In this document: positions 18,334 to 29,275 of the stretch, piece by piece
Layout of the letters: every line of letters begins with the position of its first letter
Numbering within the stretch: position 1 is the first letter of the stretch
Source of the DNA: Candidatus Woesearchaeota archaeon B3_Woes
GTDB lineage: Archaea > Nanobdellota > Nanobdellia > Woesearchaeales > B3-WOES
NCBI GenBank assembly: GCA_005222965.1
Contig: NJBG01000001.1
Coordinates: forward strand, 549,533 to 613,532
Direction of reading: 5' to 3'
DNA: 64,000 bases
Notes under the pieces: generated by a model
The model's database searches: none
What the model saw: the letters and a program-made list of their open reading frames with translations, nothing else
Told to the model about the DNA's origin: nothing
Made by a program: the position numbers and the translations under genes

Positions 18334-18885
18334 ATGGAAGAAGAAAAGAGTGTTGTTGAAGATTACATAAAAAAGGGTTTAGAAAAAGGTTTTAATATAA
18401 AATACATAAAAGAAGTTCTTATTAAACACGGCCATTCCTCTAGCAATGTTGAAACTGCAGCAAACAATATAATAGGACTAAGATATCCTGAAAAATTAAA
18501 ACCACATCTAGATGAAGTTAGAACAGAAAAACAAAAAACTAAGTCTCCTAAATGGTTATATGCTTTAATTATTATATTGATTTTAATCAGCGGATTTTTT
18601 GTTGTTAATTATCTCTTAAATAGAAGCGAAGTTGGAAAAGTACAATCACAATTAGACGAAATTGAAAATATTGGAGTAGACATAGATGATTTAAGCACAA
18701 CAATGAAAACACAAATGGCTTTAATAAAAGAAAAAGACTTAACTATTGATGAAAAAGAGAAGATTATTGAAGATCAAATAAAAACTATTGAAAAAATTAA
18801 TGATAAAATACAAGAACAAAAAACAAAATTAAACTCTTTGCTTTTAGATATTATGAATAGAATGATTGGAAGAATGAGTGGATAA
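18334..18885 (+). CDS. single-pass membrane protein with C-terminal coiled coil
   Basis: The TM segment is WLYALIIILILISGFFVVNYLL. It is followed by heptad-like Lys/Glu/Ile-rich sequence. Confidence 0.55.
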   Translation: MEEEKSVVEDYIKKGLEKGFNIKYIKEVLIKHGHSSSNVETAANNIIGLRYPEKLKPHLDEVRTEKQKTKSPKWLYALIIILILISGFFVVNYLLNRSEVGKVQSQLDEIENIGVDIDDLSTTMKTQMALIKEKDLTIDEKEKIIEDQIKTIEKINDKIQEQKTKLNSLLLDIMNRMIGRMSG

Positions 18886-18923
18886 TTCTATAATTTAAAT
18901 ATTAATAAAATAATATAAAGAAA

Positions 18924-19217
18924 TTATTCTTCTTTGTCTTCAGGCTCTGCTTCTGAATCTTCAGGATTATAGGATGGTACTGCTGCTTTGCTTATAATCA
19001 TTATATCTCCCATTGATTTAACAAGTTGGTGTGGCACAATAACACCTTTTGCAGAACCCAAAACCTTTGATAAAAAAGAACCTTTTGTTGACCTCACCCT
19101 CCATCCAGAAACTCTTGTTGATGTGAGGATTGCTTCTTCAACATCCCCAAAATATTCACCATTATCTGTAAAAACACGTACATCATAACTTTCAGTTATT
19201 TTTTTCATCTTTAACAT
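18924..19217 (-). CDS. PRC-barrel domain protein
   Basis: 97 aa containing VFTDNGEYFGDVEEAILTSTRVSGWRV, with an acidic tail. Pattern recognition only. Confidence 0.55.
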   Translation of the reverse strand: MLKMKKITESYDVRVFTDNGEYFGDVEEAILTSTRVSGWRVRSTKGSFLSKVLGSAKGVIVPHQLVKSMGDIMIISKAAVPSYNPEDSEAEPEDKEE

Positions 19218-19345
19218 TATATATTCACCTTTTATTTTTATGTAGTAGTCAATATAAGAAGGTATTAGTATATAAATTTTTTGATTAATGATATTATCTC
19301 AAACCAATCCAAACCTTTTTAAATCGTCATATCCCTCCAAGATGT

Positions 19346-19963
19346 ATGACAGAAAAAATATTATGCAGATCAATAGTTGAAGTAGTCGGCAAGCCAAAAG
19401 AACACGTGGAAAAAGCCTTAAATCTTGTTATTGAAAAAGCTCAGGAAATAAAAGGATTAAAAATAGAAAAAAAGGAAATTTCAGAAATAAAATCTCTTAA
19501 AGATGAAAAACTCTCAAAAACAGAACACAAAATTCAGCAAAGCACAGGAGAATTATTCACATCATTTGTCGAAATCGAGTTTATGGCAAACAATCTAGAT
19601 GTAGTTGCCTCTTTCTGTTTTGATTTCCTACCTTCTTCTATCGAAATAGTTGAACCAGAAAAAATGAAAATTAACACACACGACGTATCAAATCTAATGA
19701 ATGATTTATTATCAAAACTTCACAACGCAGATATGGCTGTTAAAAGGTTAAATTTTGAAAATGCCGCTTTAACAAACAACGCAAAATTATTATTAAGAAA
19801 CATGATTATGGTATCTCTAAAACTAAAAGAGCAAAAACTAGAAGATTTATCAAGCTCAATAGGAATACCTGTAGATCAATTAAAACCTTTCTTAGAAGCT
19901 TTAGTTAATGAAAACTTTGTAAAAGAGGAAGAAGGCCTTTACAAACTAAATAAAGATGGATGA
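19346..19963 (+). CDS. hypothetical protein with C-terminal winged-helix-like segment, overlapping scpB
   Basis: 205 aa with an 8-nt overlap with scpB. The C-terminus LEDLSSSIGIPVDQLKPFLEALVNENFVKEEEGLYKL looks like wHTH. Confidence 0.55.
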   Translation: MTEKILCRSIVEVVGKPKEHVEKALNLVIEKAQEIKGLKIEKKEISEIKSLKDEKLSKTEHKIQQSTGELFTSFVEIEFMANNLDVVASFCFDFLPSSIEIVEPEKMKINTHDVSNLMNDLLSKLHNADMAVKRLNFENAALTNNAKLLLRNMIMVSLKLKEQKLEDLSSSIGIPVDQLKPFLEALVNENFVKEEEGLYKLNKDG

Positions 19964-20981
19964 TATTAAAAATAAAGTAGAAGCTTTATTATTTTCTTCA
20001 GGCAAAGCTCTATCTCATGAAGAAATTAAAAGATTATGCAGATTAAGAGAGGACGAACAACTCAACAAAGCCTTACAAGACCTAAAAGTAGATTATGATA
20101 ATAGAGATTCTTCATTAATATTAGTAAATGAAGGTGATAGATGGAAAATCACAACAAAAGAAAATTATTTTCATGTTGTAAAAAAAGTAGTTACAGAAAC
20201 AGAATTATCCAAAACATTAATGGAAACATTAGCAGTTATAGCGTGGAAATATCCAATAAAACAAGCAGACCTCATAAAAATAAGGACAAACAAAGCATAT
20301 GATCATCTAAGAGAATTAGAAAGTATTGGATATATCACCAGACAAAAACACGGAAGAACAAAATTAATAAAACTAACAGACAAATTTTTCTCATATTTTG
20401 ATTTACCACCAGACAAACTAAAAGAAAAATTCTCAGATTTTAGCCAAATCGCAAAAGCCATATCAGATAAAGAAATCGAAATCGAAGATATGAAAAAAGA
20501 ACATCAAAAAAATATAGGAGAGGCCAAAAAAATGCAGGAAGAGGACGAACAAAAACAAAAAAAAGATTTAAAAAAAACAGAAAAAGAAATCGATTTAATT
20601 GACGATAAAAACGAAAAAATTAAACTAGATACATACGAAACAACCCAGGAACCAGAAAAACCACAAGAACCAAAAAAAACAGTAGAAACCTATGAATCAG
20701 AAGAAACAAAACAAGAACCAGCAGAAAAACCAAAAGAAACCAAAGAAGAACAATCTGCCGAAGAACGACCAAAAGAAGAAGCAAAACCAGAAACACCAAA
20801 GGAAGAAGTTGCTAAGCCCGAGGAAAAACCCGCTGAAAAAAAGAAAGAAGAAGAAAAAGAACCAGAGAAGACAGAAGAACAACCAAAAGAAAAACCAAAA
20901 ACAACTCAAGAAAAATCTATGGATGAAAAAGCAGACGAATTAGTAGAAAAACTATTACATCCAGAAGAAAAAGAAGAATAA
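19956..20981 (+). CDS. scpB: segregation and condensation protein B with long Lys/Glu/Pro-rich tail
   Basis: VEALLFSSGKALSHEEIKRL and TLAVIAWKYPIKQADLIKIRTNKAYDHLRELESIGYI match the two ScpB winged helices. The last ~170 aa are low-complexity KEP-rich sequence. Confidence 0.75.
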   Translation: MDDIKNKVEALLFSSGKALSHEEIKRLCRLREDEQLNKALQDLKVDYDNRDSSLILVNEGDRWKITTKENYFHVVKKVVTETELSKTLMETLAVIAWKYPIKQADLIKIRTNKAYDHLRELESIGYITRQKHGRTKLIKLTDKFFSYFDLPPDKLKEKFSDFSQIAKAISDKEIEIEDMKKEHQKNIGEAKKMQEEDEQKQKKDLKKTEKEIDLIDDKNEKIKLDTYETTQEPEKPQEPKKTVETYESEETKQEPAEKPKETKEEQSAEERPKEEAKPETPKEEVAKPEEKPAEKKKEEEKEPEKTEEQPKEKPKTTQEKSMDEKADELVEKLLHPEEKEE

Positions 20982-20987
20982 ATTAAA

Positions 20988-21134
20988 ATGATGTTTCTGC
21001 TTAAATGCCCTAAATGCAAACACGATATGAAATATCAAACAGATTCTATGATTTTATCTAAAAAAAGAAAAAAATGCGTTTATTGCAACAAAAGTTTTAT
21101 AGTAAAAGACAGAATTGTTAAAAGATTAACGTAA
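20988..21134 (+). CDS. small zinc-ribbon protein (48 aa)
   Basis: Below the track cutoff. Sequence is MMFLLKCPKCKHDMKYQTDSMILSKKRKKCVYCNKSFIVKDRIVKRLT, with CxxC...CxxC. Confidence 0.45.
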   Translation: MMFLLKCPKCKHDMKYQTDSMILSKKRKKCVYCNKSFIVKDRIVKRLT

Positions 21135-21260
21135 TTTCCAGACGGCACCAAACCCTTGAAAACAGCCGATACAGGCCTTCTACCCTCTATTTTCAACCAA
21201 AAGACTTATAAACAATTAAGTAGTTTTAACTACTAGAGAACTCTTCTCTATCTTATTAAA

Positions 21261-23738
21261 ATGGAAAAATCTAAACCAGAAATAAAGGAGAAAATAGTCG
21301 ACAGAGTCATCGAAGAAGAAATGAAACAGTCTTATTTAGATTACTCTATGTCAGTCATCATAGGCAGGGCATTGCCAGATGTCAGAGATGGACTAAAACC
21401 AGTCCATAGAAGAATTCTTTATGCTATGAATGACATGGGCATGTTGCATAACAAACCTTTCAAAAAATCTGCAAGAATTGTTGGAGAGTGCCTAGGAAAA
21501 TACCACCCACATGGAGATACTGCTGTTTATGATTCAATGGTCAGAATGGCTCAGGATTGGTCATTGCGTTATCCTTTAGTACAAGGCCAAGGAAATTTTG
21601 GAAGTGTTGATGGAGACAGACAGGCCGCAATGCGATATACTGAGGCAAGATTAAACAAAATATCTGAAGAAATGCTAAAAGACATAGACAAACAAACAGT
21701 TAAGTTTGTTCCCAACTTTGATAATAGCCTAAAAGAACCTTCTGTTTTACCTAGCAAAATCCCGAATCTATTAATTAATGGTTCATCAGGAATTGCAGTC
21801 GGAATGGCCACAAACATTCCACCGCATAACATGATAGAAGTTTGCGAAGCAATAACCACCACAATAAACAATCCAGAAATAACTGTTGATGAATTATTCA
21901 AAATAATAAAAGGCCCAGATTTTCCAACAGGAGGAATAATCTGCGGGAATAAACCAATTCTTCAGGCCTATAAAACAGGAAGAGGAAAAGTAATTGTAAG
22001 ATCTAAAACAGAAGTAATAGAAAAAAAACAAAAACAAGTCATAATCATAAAAGAAATACCTTACATGGTAAACAAAGCAGAGACAATAAAAGAAATAGCC
22101 AGATTAGTAAATGATAAAAAAATAAGAAACATTTCAGATATAAGAGATGAATCAGACAGAGAAGGAATGCGTGTTGTCATAGAGTTAACTAAAAACGCAA
22201 ATCCAGAAATTGTAATTAATCAATTATTCAGACACACAAGATTACAAGTTACTTTTGGAATTATTATGTTGGCTTTGGTCAACAATGAACCAAAAATACT
22301 AAACCTAAAACAATTAATCCAGGAATACATAAAACACAGACAAATTATAGTAAGAAGAAGAACAGAATTTGATCTTAAAAAAGCACAGGAAAGGCAGCAC
22401 ATACTATCTGGTCTGATAATTGCTCTAAACAATATCGATTCTATAGTCAAATTAATCAAAGCATCAAAAACAACAGAAGAAGCAAAAAAATCATTGATTG
22501 TTGACTATAAACTAACAGAAATACAAGCAAAAGCTGTGCTTGAAATGAGACTACAAAAATTGTCTTCTCTTGAACAACAAAAAATAAAACAAGAATATGA
22601 TGAACTAACAAAACTTATCGAAAAATTAAACAAAATTTTAGCAGATGAAAACAAAATCCTCAAAATAATCAAGCAAGAACTTGAAGAGGTAAAACAAAAT
22701 TATGGAGACAAAAGAAAAACATCCATAATTGAAGAAGAATATGAATCATTTGAGGAAGAAGAACTAATCAAACCAGAAGACAACATAATAACAATAAGCC
22801 ACACAGGCTATATCAAAAGATTACAGGTAAATCTATACAAACAACAAAAACGAGGTGGAAAAGGAGCTAGATCAGCTACAACAAAAGAAGAAGATTTCAT
22901 AGAAGAAATATTTGTAGCTAATACACACGATTATATCTTATTCTTCACAAACAAAGGAAAATTACATTGGTTAAAAGTATATCAAGTACCAGAAACAGGA
23001 AAACAAGCAAAAGGTTCAGCAATATCAAATTTGCTTCATCTACAAGAAGACGAAAAAATAAGCGCCTTTGTACCTATTAAAGATTTTAATAAAGGATATC
23101 TGATGATGGCCACAAAAAACGCAATAGTCAAAAAAACAAGCCTAAATGAATTTTCAAAACCAAGACGCGGCGGAATAATCGCAGTTAACCTAAAAAACGA
23201 CGATGAATTAATAAATGTACTCAATACATCAGGAAATGACCAAATTATGTTGGCAACAAAAAATGGCCAGGCAATAAGATTCAAAGAAACAGATATAAGG
23301 CCAACAGGAAGACAGGCAGCAGGAGTTAGAGGAGCTAGGCTAAAAGAAAAAGATAAAATAATCGATATGGTTAAGGCAGACGATACAAGAACCCTATTAA
23401 CAATAACAGAAAACGGTTATGGAAAAAGAACTTCTGTAAAAGCTTATAGATTAATATCAAGAGGGGGTTCAGGAGTTAGAAACATAATCTGCTCAGAAAG
23501 AAACGGCAGGGTTGTTGCAGTAAAATCAATCACAAACAACGACGACATAATGTTCATAAGCAAAAAAGGAATTACAATAAGAACCCCGGCAAAAGACCTA
23601 AGAATTATAGGAAGAAATACACAAGGTCTCAGACTTATGAGATTAAATAAAGGAGATAAGGTGGTTGCAGCTGCTAAAATTATTAAAGAAAATAATAATA
23701 CAGAACAACAAAATGAAAGCACTGGCAATAACCCATAA
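21261..23738 (+). CDS. gyrA: DNA gyrase subunit A
   Basis: [13 protein letters not shown] and the active-site region [11 protein letters not shown] are present. A C-terminal repeated beta-pinwheel region is present. Length is 825 aa. Confidence 0.95.
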   Translation: MEKSKPEIKEKIVDRVIEEEMKQSYLDYSMSVIIGRALPDVRDGLKPVHRRILYAMNDMGMLHNKPFKKSARIVGECLGKYHPHGDTAVYDSMVRMAQDWSLRYPLVQGQGNFGSVDGDRQAAMRYTEARLNKISEEMLKDIDKQTVKFVPNFDNSLKEPSVLPSKIPNLLINGSSGIAVGMATNIPPHNMIEVCEAITTTINNPEITVDELFKIIKGPDFPTGGIICGNKPILQAYKTGRGKVIVRSKTEVIEKKQKQVIIIKEIPYMVNKAETIKEIARLVNDKKIRNISDIRDESDREGMRVVIELTKNANPEIVINQLFRHTRLQVTFGIIMLALVNNEPKILNLKQLIQEYIKHRQIIVRRRTEFDLKKAQERQHILSGLIIALNNIDSIVKLIKASKTTEEAKKSLIVDYKLTEIQAKAVLEMRLQKLSSLEQQKIKQEYDELTKLIEKLNKILADENKILKIIKQELEEVKQNYGDKRKTSIIEEEYESFEEEELIKPEDNIITISHTGYIKRLQVNLYKQQKRGGKGARSATTKEEDFIEEIFVANTHDYILFFTNKGKLHWLKVYQVPETGKQAKGSAISNLLHLQEDEKISAFVPIKDFNKGYLMMATKNAIVKKTSLNEFSKPRRGGIIAVNLKNDDELINVLNTSGNDQIMLATKNGQAIRFKETDIRPTGRQAAGVRGARLKEKDKIIDMVKADDTRTLLTITENGYGKRTSVKAYRLISRGGSGVRNIICSERNGRVVAVKSITNNDDIMFISKKGITIRTPAKDLRIIGRNTQGLRLMRLNKGDKVVAAAKIIKENNNTEQQNESTGNNP

Positions 23739-24810
23739 AGGAATCGAAGACATTACTTCTCTAGAAATCAACGAATTAATCAAAACAAAAACAACAACCA
23801 AAGAAACTTGTGTTATATTTGAACCAAAAGCATTTGAAGAAATTGCTCTAATTTGCTATAAAGCCCAATCTGTCAAAAAAATTCTCTATCTTTTAGATTC
23901 ATTTAAAATAAATTCCTTAGAAGATCTAAAAAATGTTAGTAAAAGCATAAAAGAGATAAGTAAATTCATAACAAAAGACAAAACATTTGCAGTAAGATGT
24001 GATCATATTGAAAATGAAAATCTTGAAAGAGATGAAATTTGTATAACAACAGCAAACGCATTAAAACTTAATGCTAAAGTTGACTTAGAAACTCCAGACA
24101 TAACAATTTTTGTCTATATTTATAAAAACGATTGTTACCTAGGAATAGATTTTTCAGGAGAAGACATAAGCAAAAGGGATTATAGAATTTATACCCATTA
24201 TGACGCATTAAAAGGAACAATTGCTTATTCATTACTAAGAATTGCAGATTATAAAAAACAAGATATTATACTTGACCCTTTTTGTGGTTCAGGAACAATC
24301 CTAATTGAAGCTGCTCTTTTTGCCAATAATTTTTCTCAAAATTTCTATTCAAAAGACAAATTTGCATTTCTTAAATTCAAGGAAATGGACTTAGAAAAGT
24401 TTGATTTAAAACAACCTTTTAATGGAAAAATTATTGGTTATGATATTGAACTAAAATATATTATCTCTGCAAAGAAAAACGCAAAAATTGCAGGCATTGA
24501 AAAATCTATAACTTTTAGTAGAGTTGAAATAAAAGATTTAGACATAAAACTTAAAGAAAAAAGCATAGATAAAATAATAACAAATCCGCCAAACCAAACC
24601 TATAAAAATCAAAGAACAATCGAAAGAGCGTATAATGGTTTTTTCCAACAAGCAAATTTCATACTAAAAAATAACGGAACAATAACAATCATTACAAGAA
24701 CCTTTGATTTAATCAAGAAATCAGCAAAAAACAACAAATTCAAAATACTAAAACAAAGAAACTTGGATATAGGCAAAGAACAATATGAAATAATTGTCTT
24801 TAAGAAATAA
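23713..24810 (+). CDS. THUMP-domain RNA (guanine-N2/adenine-N6 type) methyltransferase
   Basis: ATG 23713. An N-terminal THUMP-like region is followed by the SAM site [14 protein letters not shown] and the catalytic IITNPP motif. Confidence 0.7.
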   Translation: MKALAITHKGIEDITSLEINELIKTKTTTKETCVIFEPKAFEEIALICYKAQSVKKILYLLDSFKINSLEDLKNVSKSIKEISKFITKDKTFAVRCDHIENENLERDEICITTANALKLNAKVDLETPDITIFVYIYKNDCYLGIDFSGEDISKRDYRIYTHYDALKGTIAYSLLRIADYKKQDIILDPFCGSGTILIEAALFANNFSQNFYSKDKFAFLKFKEMDLEKFDLKQPFNGKIIGYDIELKYIISAKKNAKIAGIEKSITFSRVEIKDLDIKLKEKSIDKIITNPPNQTYKNQRTIERAYNGFFQQANFILKNNGTITIITRTFDLIKKSAKNNKFKILKQRNLDIGKEQYEIIVFKK

Positions 24811-24811
24811 A

Positions 24812-25015
24812 ATGGAATGCAAAAAAGAACAAAACCTAAAAAATTGTAATTGCAGTTATCCTGGATGTAGCAGAAAAGGAATGTGCTGTGAATGTCTAAA
24901 ATATCATCTAGACAAAAGACAACTACCAGCTTGTTGTTTCCCAAGCGATATAGAAAAATCCTATGATAGAAGCTTTGAAAAATTTACTGAATTAATACAA
25001 AACAACAAAATATAA
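24812..25015 (+). CDS. small Cys-rich protein
   Basis: ATG 24812 lies 1 nt after the upstream stop. CKKEQNLKNCNCSYPGCSRKGMCCECLKYHLDKRQLPACCF has 10 Cys in 40 aa. Confidence 0.5.
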   Translation: MECKKEQNLKNCNCSYPGCSRKGMCCECLKYHLDKRQLPACCFPSDIEKSYDRSFEKFTELIQNNKI

Positions 25016-25061
25016 AATTATTGGATAAACTTTATAAAGACAATAAAACTACTCTATCTTT

Positions 25062-26810
25062 ATGTTAAGAACTAACACATGCGGAGAATTAGACAAAAAA
25101 GACATTAATAATAAGATAGAGTTAGCAGGTTGGATGCACTCAAGAAGAGATCATGGTGGCTTAATATTTATAGATTTAAGGGACAGATATGGTCTAACCC
25201 AAATTGTTTTTGATCCTAAACACAACAAAAAAGTTCATTCTGTTGCAGAACACCTTAGAAGAGAGGACATAGTCCATATAAATGGCAAGGTTCGTGCTCG
25301 TGGCAAAGGTTTAGAAAACCCAAAATTAAAAACAGGAAAAATAGAAGTTTTAGTCGATTCTGTTGAAGTAATTGCAAAAGCAGCAACCCCTCCAATAGAA
25401 GTTGATGACAGGATTGAAGCAGGAGAAGAAATAAGATTAAAATACAGATATTTAGATCTAAGAAGACCAATCATGCAAAACAGATTATTGACAAGGCACA
25501 AAATTGCACAATCCACAAGAGAATACTTTGATAAACACAATTTTTTAGAAATTGAAACACCACTTTTAGTAAAATCAACACCAGAAGGGGCAAGAGACTA
25601 TATTGTTCCTTCAAGAGTTAATCTTGGGAAATTTTACGCACTGCCTCAAAGCCCACAGCTATACAAACAACTACTTATGATTTCTGGATGTGATAGGTAC
25701 TATCAAATTGCACGTTGTCTAAGAGACGAAGATTTGAGGATAGATAGACAACCAGAACATACTCAAATTGATTTTGAGATGAGCTTTGTAGATTCTAATG
25801 ATATAAGAGAGTTTATAGAAAACCTCTATAAACACTTATTTAAAGAGGTTCTTAATATAAAATTAGACAAATTCCCTATTCTTTCTTATAAAGAATCAAT
25901 GGATAGATTTGGAACAGACAAACCAGATTTAAGATTCGGTTTAGAATTAATTGATGTAACAGATATTGTAAAAAAGTCTGATTTTGAAGTATTTCAAAAA
26001 GTAGAACAAGTTAAATGTATAAATCCTAAAAAAGATTTCACAAGAAAAGAACTTGACGAATATATAGGTTTCTGCCAGAAAAACGAAGCAAAAGGCATGG
26101 CCTGGATGAGAGTTACTGATGAAGGCCTAGAATCTAATATTGTTAAATTCTTTAATCCCTCTCTTCAAAAAAAACTATTAGAAAAAACAAAAGCAAAAAA
26201 AGGATCTGTTTTAATGTTTATTGCAGACAAACAAAAAAATGTAGCTGATGTATTAAGCAGATTAAGATTAAAATTAAGAGATGATTTAAAACTAGTTAAA
26301 GAAAAAGATTTCAAATTTTGTTGGGTTGTTGATTTCCCATTATTTGCATATAATGAAGATGAAGACAGATGGGAACCAGAACATCATATGTTTTCAATGC
26401 CTAAACCAGAATTTGTAAAAGATTTTGAGAAAAAACCCAAAGAAGTTATAGGAGATTTATGGGATATTGTTCTTAATGGAACAGAATTAGGATCTGGATC
26501 AATTAGGGTAACTAATCCAAATGTACAGGAAAGAATAATGAAACTTATAGGATTAAATAAACAAGAAGCAGAGAAAAAATTCGGATTTTTACTACATGCT
26601 TATACATATGGTGCACCACCTCATGGAGGAATGGGGCTTGGTTTTGATAGATTAGTGGCTCTAATGTGCGGATTACAAGATATAAGGGAGATTATTGCAT
26701 TTCCAAAGAATAAAGCAGCACAATGTCCAATGGATGGAAGCCCAAGTGATGTTCCAGAAGACCATTTAAAGGAATTACACATTAAATCTGAAGATATTAA
26801 GGGAAAATAA
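25062..26810 (+). CDS. aspS: aspartyl-tRNA synthetase, bacterial type (with GAD insertion)
   Basis: 582 aa. Motifs are QSPQLYKQLLM, CLRDEDLRIDRQPEHTQIDFEMSF and GGMGLGFDRLVALM. A ~130-aa insertion between motifs 2 and 3 is typical of bacterial AspRS. Confidence 0.9.
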   Translation: MLRTNTCGELDKKDINNKIELAGWMHSRRDHGGLIFIDLRDRYGLTQIVFDPKHNKKVHSVAEHLRREDIVHINGKVRARGKGLENPKLKTGKIEVLVDSVEVIAKAATPPIEVDDRIEAGEEIRLKYRYLDLRRPIMQNRLLTRHKIAQSTREYFDKHNFLEIETPLLVKSTPEGARDYIVPSRVNLGKFYALPQSPQLYKQLLMISGCDRYYQIARCLRDEDLRIDRQPEHTQIDFEMSFVDSNDIREFIENLYKHLFKEVLNIKLDKFPILSYKESMDRFGTDKPDLRFGLELIDVTDIVKKSDFEVFQKVEQVKCINPKKDFTRKELDEYIGFCQKNEAKGMAWMRVTDEGLESNIVKFFNPSLQKKLLEKTKAKKGSVLMFIADKQKNVADVLSRLRLKLRDDLKLVKEKDFKFCWVVDFPLFAYNEDEDRWEPEHHMFSMPKPEFVKDFEKKPKEVIGDLWDIVLNGTELGSGSIRVTNPNVQERIMKLIGLNKQEAEKKFGFLLHAYTYGAPPHGGMGLGFDRLVALMCGLQDIREIIAFPKNKAAQCPMDGSPSDVPEDHLKELHIKSEDIKGK

Positions 26811-26885
26811 TTCTTTAAAACGATATATTTATATAAAAACAATTCTATTGTCTAAACAAGTAGTAAATATTTGTTTAGTATTAAT

Positions 26886-27578
26886 ATGAAAAGAGGTGTA
26901 AAATCAGTTTTTATTACTTTAAGTATTATTCTGACTATTTTTATTACTTTAAGTCTACTTGTAAATGCTGCTATTTTTAATAATAACTTAGATACAGGAT
27001 TAGTCTCATACTGGTCTTTTAATGGAAGCGCAAACGACGATCAAGGAAGTAATGACGGTTCTGTAAGTGGCGCAACTTTAGTAAACTCTTGTATATCAGG
27101 ACAAGCATATTCTTTTGATGGTTCTAATGATTATATTAATGCTGGAAAAGATTCTAGTTTACCTTCAACAGGAGTTATTACTGTTTCTGCGTGGATTAAT
27201 TTTACAGATTCCCAACATGCTGCCATTGCTGGAAGATTTATTGCACAAAACAGCCGCACAGGCAATGATTCATACATAGTCAATAATACAAATCTTTTAG
27301 CAGTATTCACAGATACAGGAGATATTGAACTTAAAGGAGATTGCAAAGTTCTAGCTTCTTGTGGTTCAGGAATATTTGAAATTTATAATAGCGGTATTGT
27401 TGCATCAATCAACTCAACAGGAGATTTATGCTTAGAAGCAGGAGATTGTACAATAGATGCCAGTTGTTCTGCAGGAAGCTTAAAAATAAAAGATGGAAGC
27501 GGAACAGTAGTATCTAGTATTAATAGTTCAGGAAGCCTATGTTATACAGGAAATTTAATTCAAAGAGGTTTTAGATAA
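26886..27578 (+). CDS. secreted/anchored LamG (ConA-like lectin) domain protein
   Basis: N-terminal anchor KSVFITLSIILTIFITLSLLV. LVSYWSFNGSANDDQGSNDGSVSGATLVNSCISGQAYSFDGSNDYINAG is a typical LamG N-terminal half. The C-terminus has a repeated GD(I/L)xLxxGDC motif. Confidence 0.65.
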   Translation: MKRGVKSVFITLSIILTIFITLSLLVNAAIFNNNLDTGLVSYWSFNGSANDDQGSNDGSVSGATLVNSCISGQAYSFDGSNDYINAGKDSSLPSTGVITVSAWINFTDSQHAAIAGRFIAQNSRTGNDSYIVNNTNLLAVFTDTGDIELKGDCKVLASCGSGIFEIYNSGIVASINSTGDLCLEAGDCTIDASCSAGSLKIKDGSGTVVSSINSSGSLCYTGNLIQRGFR

Positions 27579-27580
27579 AA

Positions 27581-28678
27581 ATGAAAAAAATTACACTAAT
27601 TATAACATTTTTACTAGTTTTGTTGCCTCTTCAAACATATGCTGCTGGTTATACTTCAGACGATGGCAAAGGATATCTTCTAAGTATTAGTGATGGAACT
27701 TTAGGAGGAGCAGGAACTAAAGCAGTATCTATACTGGCTTATAAATATGATTATGCTATTGAAACTACAACTCCTACTTATAATAATGGCAAATGGCATC
27801 ATGTTATTGGAGTATTTAATATTGACACTGGAACTGTAAAATTCTACATTAATGGATATTATATGGGCTCAACCACAAACACAAGTCTAACAGATTTAGA
27901 TATATCAAATGCAGATTTTTTAATCGGTAGTCTTTTACATATTAATACATCCGGAGAAAACAATGCAGATTATTTTAAAGGAATGATAGATGAAGTAGCT
28001 GTCTGGAATCGGGAATTAGACTCAACAGAAGTTTCTGCGCTTTATAATAATTATACTGATAAATGGCTTTGTGATGAGTGTGGAGATTCTAATATAAGTG
28101 GTGGAGAAGAGTGTGAAATTGATTATGACTGCCCAACATATTATGATAAATGTCATAACTCTACCCATATAAACCAAACAGCATCATCTTGCGGCAGTTG
28201 TTTATGTAGCTATCAAACAACCACTACTATGTGTGGTTCTAATGAACAATGCATAGTAAATGAATGTGTAGATCTTTCAGAAAGTGAATTTTATTTAGAT
28301 ACATGTGAAACAACATCAGATTGTGATGCTAATTATTGTTGTTATAGACCATATTCAAACATCAATGGAACATGTAGAAGTGCTCTTCCATCAGGAACAA
28401 CCAATGCTACTATTGAAACAAACTCTTGTCTTTGTTTAATATCCAGATCTGATTTAGGTTATGGCACAACATGTACTAATACAGGAAATTCTCCTTGTTG
28501 GGATGTAGATTCAGCACAATGCTGCGGCAACGAACCAACAGAGACATGGAACACAACACAATATTCAAGCGAATTTGTAGAAGATGTACTTATTAAAGGA
28601 ACATGCACATCAGGGGCATGGAAAACAAGAGAAGAAGCAGCACTTACATATTATGATATATGGTCAGAAGAAGAGTAA
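27581..28678 (+). CDS. secreted LamG domain protein with Cys-rich C-terminal half
   Basis: Signal peptide MKKITLIITFLLVLLPLQTYA. LamG signature: KWHHVIGVF...KFYINGYYMG...FLIGS...FKGMIDEVAVWNRELDSTEVSALYN. The following ~230 aa contain about 30 Cys. Confidence 0.7.
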   Translation: MKKITLIITFLLVLLPLQTYAAGYTSDDGKGYLLSISDGTLGGAGTKAVSILAYKYDYAIETTTPTYNNGKWHHVIGVFNIDTGTVKFYINGYYMGSTTNTSLTDLDISNADFLIGSLLHINTSGENNADYFKGMIDEVAVWNRELDSTEVSALYNNYTDKWLCDECGDSNISGGEECEIDYDCPTYYDKCHNSTHINQTASSCGSCLCSYQTTTTMCGSNEQCIVNECVDLSESEFYLDTCETTSDCDANYCCYRPYSNINGTCRSALPSGTTNATIETNSCLCLISRSDLGYGTTCTNTGNSPCWDVDSAQCCGNEPTETWNTTQYSSEFVEDVLIKGTCTSGAWKTREEAALTYYDIWSEEE

Positions 28679-28732
28679 TTTATTTATAAAAAACGAAACA
28701 TTTTTATATCAACTGATATAATATTATAACAT

Positions 28733-29275
28733 ATGATACAAAAATGTAACACATACAAAGTATTAAAAGTATTTTTAGATGACCCTTTAAAGGGATTTAA
28801 GCTAAGGGAAATCTCAAGAATATTAAAATTAGGGTTGCCTTCAGTTTCAAAATATGTTAAAGATTTAGAAAAAACAAAATTAATTATTTCAAAAGAAAAA
28901 TATGGAAGTAAATTATGGTTTAGTAATAGGGAATCAAGATTATTTAGAATATACAAAAAATTTGAAACAATTAGATCCATAGAAGAAAGCAATTTAATCA
29001 AATATTTAGATAAAGAATTAAACTTTCCAACCATTATATTGTATGGATCACATGCACTAGGCGAAGATAGAAAAGAATCAGATATTGATTTGTTTATAAT
29101 AGCACCAAACAAAAAAAAAATAGAAACCAAACAATTTGAAAAAACACTTAAAAAAAAATTGCATTTATTCATTCACACAGAACACGAAATAAAACAAATG
29201 AAAATAAACAATAAAGAACTGCTTAATAATGTTTTAAATGGAGTTGTCTTAACTGGATACTTAAAGGTGTTATAA
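28733..29275 (+). CDS. minimal nucleotidyltransferase (MNT) with N-terminal wHTH-like region
   Basis: ILYGSHALGEDRKESDIDLFII matches the GSxxxG...SDxD MNT motif. The partner HEPN gene overlaps by 1 nt. Confidence 0.7.
   Translation: MIQKCNTYKVLKVFLDDPLKGFKLREISRILKLGLPSVSKYVKDLEKTKLIISKEKYGSKLWFSNRESRLFRIYKKFETIRSIEESNLIKYLDKELNFPTIILYGSHALGEDRKESDIDLFIIAPNKKKIETKQFEKTLKKKLHLFIHTEHEIKQMKINNKELLNNVLNGVVLTGYLKVL

Noticed and set aside
20692-20943. Alternative-frame and antisense ORFs in the ScpB tail
   Set aside because: They are a product of the AAG/GAA-rich low-complexity region. The ScpB frame is continuous with the conserved N-terminal domains.
21139-21190. GC-rich patch between the Zn-ribbon ORF and gyrA as a possible small RNA or split-tRNA half
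   Set aside because: There is no T-arm (GTTCRAATC), no C/D boxes and no convincing stem structure by eye. The evidence is insufficient.
28684-29172. 162-aa ORF antisense to the MNT gene
   Set aside because: The plus-strand ORF carries the GSxxxG...SDxD nucleotidyltransferase motif and is coupled to HEPN. The antisense ORF is an AT-rich artefact.
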